A stretch of DNA of 64,000 nucleotides from Eimeria praecox. Lineage: Eukaryota. Shown here piece by piece: positions 58,793-64,000 of the stretch. The stretch is taken from contig OY986947.1 of assembly GCA_963920595.1 (NCBI GenBank), forward strand, positions 3,410,001-3,474,000, in the 5' to 3' direction. A program made the position numbers and the translations under genes. The stretch's first letter is position 1; each line of letters begins with the position of its first letter. Under the pieces are notes generated by a model. The model was not told the DNA's origin, did not search any database, and was given only the letters and a program-made list of their open reading frames with translations.

Positions 58793-59414
58793 CGATGACG
58801 ATCAGGATCTAGCAGCAGCTGCTTCGGTTGCTGCTGCTGCTGCTGCTGCTTCTGGCTGTGCTCGCGTCCCAGCAGGTATGCTGCTTGGTTCAGCAGCAGC
58901 AGCAGCAGCAGCAGCAAATCTTGCTGCTGTCTTTGTTGTAGACAGCAGCACGAACGGCTCGTGGGTAGATGCTGCTGCTGCTCCGAAAGGAGACACTGTC
59001 TCCTGGCCCTACTCAAGTGTATTGTCTCTTGCAAGGCCTCGTAAGCACCATTGCTGCTGCTGCTGCTGCACTTGCTGCTGCTGCTGCTGCTGCACTTGCT
59101 GCTGCTGCTGCTGCACTTGCTGGTGCTGCTGCTGCTGTACTGGCTGCTGCTGTACTGCCTGCTGGTGGTGCTGCTGTTGTACTTGATGCTGGTGCTGCTG
59201 CTGTACTTGCTGCTGCTGCTGCTGCACTTGCTGCTGCTGCTGCTGCTGGACGAGCTATTGATGACATTGCTGCTGCAGATCCTGCTGCTTTTGCTTCTTC
59301 TGCTGCTGATTGCTTTTGCTGCTGCTGCTGCTGCTGCACTTGCTGCTGCTGCTGCTGCCCTTGTTTATCTGACAAGACAGTCAGCTGCTGCTTCTTGTTG
59401 CTGCTGTTCCTATA

Positions 59415-59451
<37 letters not shown>

Positions 59452-60051
59452 TTTCTATGTGTGATTCAAAGTCTTTGGGGTTGTTGCTGCGGTTGCTGCT
59501 GCTACGCTTGCTGCTGCTCTTACTGCTGCTGCTGCTGCTGCTGCGTTGATTGCTGCTGCTGCTGCTCTTACTGCTGCTGCTGCTGCTGCTGCTGGTGCGG
59601 TGTCTGGACAGTTCGTGAGGCGGGGCCTCCTATCGCAGCATTTCGCTGGCGTTTAGTTCTTCGGCTTTGTGCTGCATGCAAGACACCGGGGGCTCGCTGC
59701 TGCTGCGGCTCCCCGCTGCAGCAGCAGCAGCAGCAGCAGCAACAGCAACACCAGGGGTTGCTGCTGCAACAGCAGCAGCAACAGCAGCAGCAACAGCAGC
59801 AAATGGATACACGGTCTTCTGTCCCGAGACACAGCACATCAGAAGACCCGCGATCGCAAGAGAGTGTTGCTGCTGCTGCTGCTGCTGCAATGCCTATGGC
59901 AACTGCTGCAGCAGCATCAGACCAAAGCCTTGCAGCAGCAGCAGCAGCAGCAGCAACAGCAGGTGCTGCTGCTGCTTCTTCATTCCCTCGCCTGACTCCC
60001 AGCTCAGAACCGTATCCAAGCATTGCAGCAGCAGCAGCAGCAGCAGCCCAT

Positions 60052-60107
<56 letters not shown>

Positions 60108-60406
60108 CGACATCCCCAGTTCTCTAAGTAATACACCACGAGGATCAGGAGGCCGCAGCAGCAGTGCAGCAGGCAGCAGCAGACTCGCTGCTGAGCTGCA
60201 GCGAGCTGTGTTTGAAAGGAGGCGTTTAGAAGACATGCTGCAGCAGCTGCTGCTAGAAAACGAAGACCTAAGAACCCAGGTCCTGCTGCTGCTGCTGCTG
60301 TTGCTGCTGGTGCTGCTGCTGCTGCTGTTGCTGCTGCTGTTGCTGCTGCTGCTGTTGCTGCTGCTGTTGGTGCTGCTGCTGTTGCTGCTGCTGGTGCTGT
60401 TGCTGG

Positions 60407-60438
<32 letters not shown>

Positions 60439-61729
60439 CCATTCCTCCAGTTGCTGCTGCCGCTGCTGCTCCTTAGGCTACTGTTGCCCTATGAGCGCAT
60501 GCAGCACCTGCAGCAGCAGCAGCAACAACAGCAGCAGCAGGAACTGCTCTTGCTGCTGCTGCTGCTGCTGCTGCTGCGTCTTCAAGCCCGGAAGTTCGTT
60601 GCTATTTGCTGCTGCTGCTGCTGCTGCTGTTGCTGCAGGGGGAGCAGCAGGGGGAGATGAAGGAACAGCTCGCTTCTGCACTGAATGCAGCCCGCGGTAA
60701 GAGCTGCTGCTGCTATCTTGCTGCTGCTGCTATCTTGCTGCTGCTGCTGCTGTCTTGCTGTTGCTGTCTTGCTGCTGCTGTTGCTGTTTTGCTGCTGGTT
60801 GTGTCGAGTATGTTTTGTGGGTTCGGAGCCTGGCAGCAGCAGCTATCACGCTTGAGTTGCTGCTGCTGCTGCTGCTGCTGCGTCTGTGTGCAGGGGAGAT
60901 AGAGACACTGCAGCAGCGGCTGGAGGCGGCACAGAAACGAGCTGCTGCTGCAGAAGCAGCGGCGGTGGGTTTGAATTGCTGCTGCTGCTTCTAGCTGCTG
61001 CACCTGCTGCTGCTGCTGCTGCTGCTGGGGCTGCTGCTGCAGCAGCAACAGCAGCACCTATGACTCCTGCTGCTGTCTCTGCTGTTGCTGCTGTCTCCTT
61101 TCTTTGTGGGGTTGCTACTCTGTTCGTGCTGCTGCTGCTGCTGTTGCTGCTGCTGCAGGAGTCGCTGCGAGCTGAGGTTCGTGCTGCTGCAGCGCGGCAG
61201 CAGCAGCAAACCACCTTGCTGCAGAAGACGCGGGAGGCCTATGCCCAGCAGACACAGGTGAAGCCCCTGCTGCTGCTGCTGCTTGTGCTGCTGCTGCTGC
61301 TGCTGCTGCTGCTTGTGCTGCTGCTGCTTGTGCTGCTGCTGCTGCTGCTTGTATTGTTGCTGCTGCTGCTGCTTGTGCTGCTGCTGCTGCTTGTGCTGCT
61401 GCTGCTGCTGCTTGTATTGTTGCTGTTGCTGCTGCTTGTGCTGCTGCTGCTGCTGCTTGTATTGTTGCTGTTGCTGCTGCTTGTGCTGCTGCTGCTGCTG
61501 CTTGTATTGTTGCTGCTGCTGCATGTGGGGAAGCATCTCTGTTTCTGTCAATCTGATGCTGCTGCTGCAGCAGCAGTAGCAGCAGCAGCAGCAGAAGCAG
61601 CAAATGGTTTTGTAGTTTGATTGTGTGCAGGCACTGCGGGATATGCTGGCCTTTCAGCAGCAGCAGCAGCAACAACTCGAGGAAGTGCTGCAGCAGGAGG
61701 AACTGCAGTTGCAGCGAGCTTCGCCCTCG

Positions 61730-61761
<32 letters not shown>

Positions 61762-61821
61762 ACAGCAGCAACAGCAGCAACAGCAGCAGAACGGATGCTG
61801 CAGGGAGAACTCGCCCTTTGA
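58053..61821 (+). CDS. FHA-domain protein with C-terminal coiled-coil region
   Basis: FHA signature residues HTLGRKR...VISQRHC...VVDSSTNGSWV...VLSLA in 58053-59040. Further exons ~59611-60279, 60639-60696, 60894-60964, 61159-61257 and 61631-61821 encode heptad-like helices (ELQRAVFERRRLEDMLQQLLLENEDLR). Start codon uncertain. Confidence 0.75.
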
Positions 61822-61835
61822 TTTCGAGCGCAACG

Positions 61836-61876
<41 letters not shown>

Positions 61877-62712
61877 AGCAGCAGCAGCAGCAGCAGCGGC
61901 AGGCCATCTTGTGGGGAGCTGGTGTATCCTATGTGTAGTCTGTCTCCTTTAGCTGCTAGCAGCAGCAAACGATTAAGAATTGCATGCAGCACAGAGGGGA
62001 AGGAGACACCTCAATAAAAATAGAGGAGACAGAGGGTTTATATACTGTCTCTCTTGTGTCTCTGCTGTATAGTCAGCTATGTTTGTTTTCTACTGTCTCC
62101 TTTTATTATTTTGTCTCTATTCAATTCTTCCTTTCTTTCTGTCTCCTTTTAATATATCTTCTTCTGTCTCTTTCGTTGCACTGTCTCTTTCTGTTTTTAT
62201 TGAGGGTTCTACTGTCTCCTTCTGTCTCCTTCTGCTTTACTTAATTAGGGTTTAGGGTTTAGGGTTTAGGGTTTAGGGTTTTGTACACTTGCCAAGGTTA
62301 TTCGGAGCATATGAGGGTTTAGGGTTTAGGGTTTAGGGTTTAGGGTTTAGGGTTTAGGGTTTAGGGTTTAGGGTTTGGGTGGGTTGAAGGCGGCGCGAGG
62401 GAGAGGGAGAGAGAGACGAAGAGACAAAATAAAAACAAACAAAAAATAAAAAACAAACAAAGAGACAGAGGAAAGAGGAGACAGACAGAAAATAAACAGA
62501 AAAGAGACACCTAGCGAAAGTCGAGACAGAGAGAGAGACAGAGACAGAGACAGAGATAGAGACAGAGACAGAGAGAGAGACAGAAAGAGAGACAGAGAGA
62601 GAGAGAGAGGGAGAGAGAGAGAGAGAGAGACAGACAGAGAGACAGGGAGAGAGGGAGAGACAGAGACAGAGACGGAGAGAGACAGACAGCAAATAGTCAG
62701 GAGACAGAGGGA

Positions 62713-62747
<35 letters not shown>

Positions 62748-62961
62748 TAACTCATCAGGAGACAGAGAGAGACAGTATATAAGGAGACAGAAAGAGAGAC
62801 ACCATATCAGGAGACAGGAGGAGAGACAGCAAGCAAGTCATCAGAGGAGACAGACAGAGAGAGGCAATACATCAAAGGAGACAGAGAGAGAGGGAGAGGG
62901 GAGACAGAGAGAGATAACACATGAGGGGACAGACAGAGAGAGACAAAACATCAGAGGAGAC

Positions 62962-63013
<52 letters not shown>

Positions 63014-63283
63014 TGTGAGGGGGAAGAGGAGACAGACAGAAAAATACGAGGAGACAGAAGAAGGAAGAGACACCTCTACATCCTTACTGCTGCTGTATAT
63101 TATATATTCTACTGTCTCCTTTTGCTGGGGTTTATAACTATTTATTCTAAATACAAACAGAAGATTGTATAAATTGTTGCTGCTGTTCACAGAAAAGGAG
63201 ACAAATTATTTGGGGTGTCTCCTGAGACAGTAGCAGTACTGCTGCTTATTTGTCTCCTACTGTAGCCCCAGCAGCAACAAGGC

Positions 63284-63370
63284 GCATGCACTGCTGCTGT
63301 CCTTGCTGCTGCTGCTGCTGCTGCTGCTGCAGCAGCAGCAGCAGCATCTTGTGCATGCATGCGCATGCAG
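63284..63370. promoter_or_regulatory. Cluster of TGCATGCA/GCATGC palindromes (others at ~2667, 3691, 7661, 16604, 34036, 59674, 61981)
   Basis: The motif is seen directly. TGCATGCA is an over-represented apicomplexan non-coding motif bound by an ApiAP2 domain; its function at these sites is unproven. Confidence 0.4.
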
Positions 63371-63812
63371 AGACAGGGCCTTTGGCTGTCTCTCCTTCCA
63401 TAATAGGTGTTTCTGTCTCTACACCGCTCGTATATAATCATTAAGAGACACTACCTTATATACTATTTCTATATCCTATTTCTCCAATACTACAGAAGAG
63501 CTGAGGGACGACTGTCTCTGAAGCAGCAACAGCAGCAGCAGCAGCAGCAGCAGATATTGCTGCACAGTAGAGACACCTCGTAAAGTATACAATACAACTA
63601 CTGTCTTCAAAATAAAGGAGACACAAGAGAAGAGGGGATAATATACAAATCTTAGAGGCATTCAACGAATAACAATTTAAATTATGTTTATATTTGTTGT
63701 ATTAGATGAAGAAGAAGAGTAAAGATAATATCATTTAAGAAGAAGTTAATCTATACACTCTAAATAAATTAAAATCTTTGAACTTACACTCTGCTGTCTG
63801 TCTGTCTGTCTG

Positions 63813-63898
<86 letters not shown>

Positions 63899-64000
63899 CC
63901 TCCCTCTCTCTCTCTCTCGTTCTATATCTAAGAGAACAAACATTCTTGAGCCAATTTAAAAATAATTAGGAAAAGATAGAGGGCCTTCTACAGGTCGTAA

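Overview
Eukaryotic, intron-rich sequence with the hallmarks of a repeat-rich segment of a coccidian (Eimeria-like) genome: pervasive CAG/CTG trinucleotide runs (poly-Q/A/S in exons), interstitial telomere-like AAACCCT heptamers, TGCATGCA octamers, and (TAGC)n, (GATA)n, (GA)n and (TA)n microsatellites. Most ORFs in the track are repeat noise. Manual splicing supports eight genes: a CUL4-like cullin (-, running off the left edge), a large signal-peptide/TM protein (+), a protein ending in a Mif2/CENP-C-like cupin domain (-), a LisH/WD40 TBL1-like protein (+), a hypothetical protein (+), an ABHD17-like alpha/beta hydrolase (+), LSm4 (-) and an FHA-domain protein (+). The most striking structure is a 5.5-kb array inside LSm4. 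It holds about 45 extra tandem copies of the last 45 nt of a coding exon, each flanked by AG and GT, frame-preserving ([15 protein letters not shown]) and separated by 70/77/84-nt telomere-repeat spacers that look like introns. Smaller splice-junction-centred duplications recur in three other genes. All gene models were read by eye and no database search was run.
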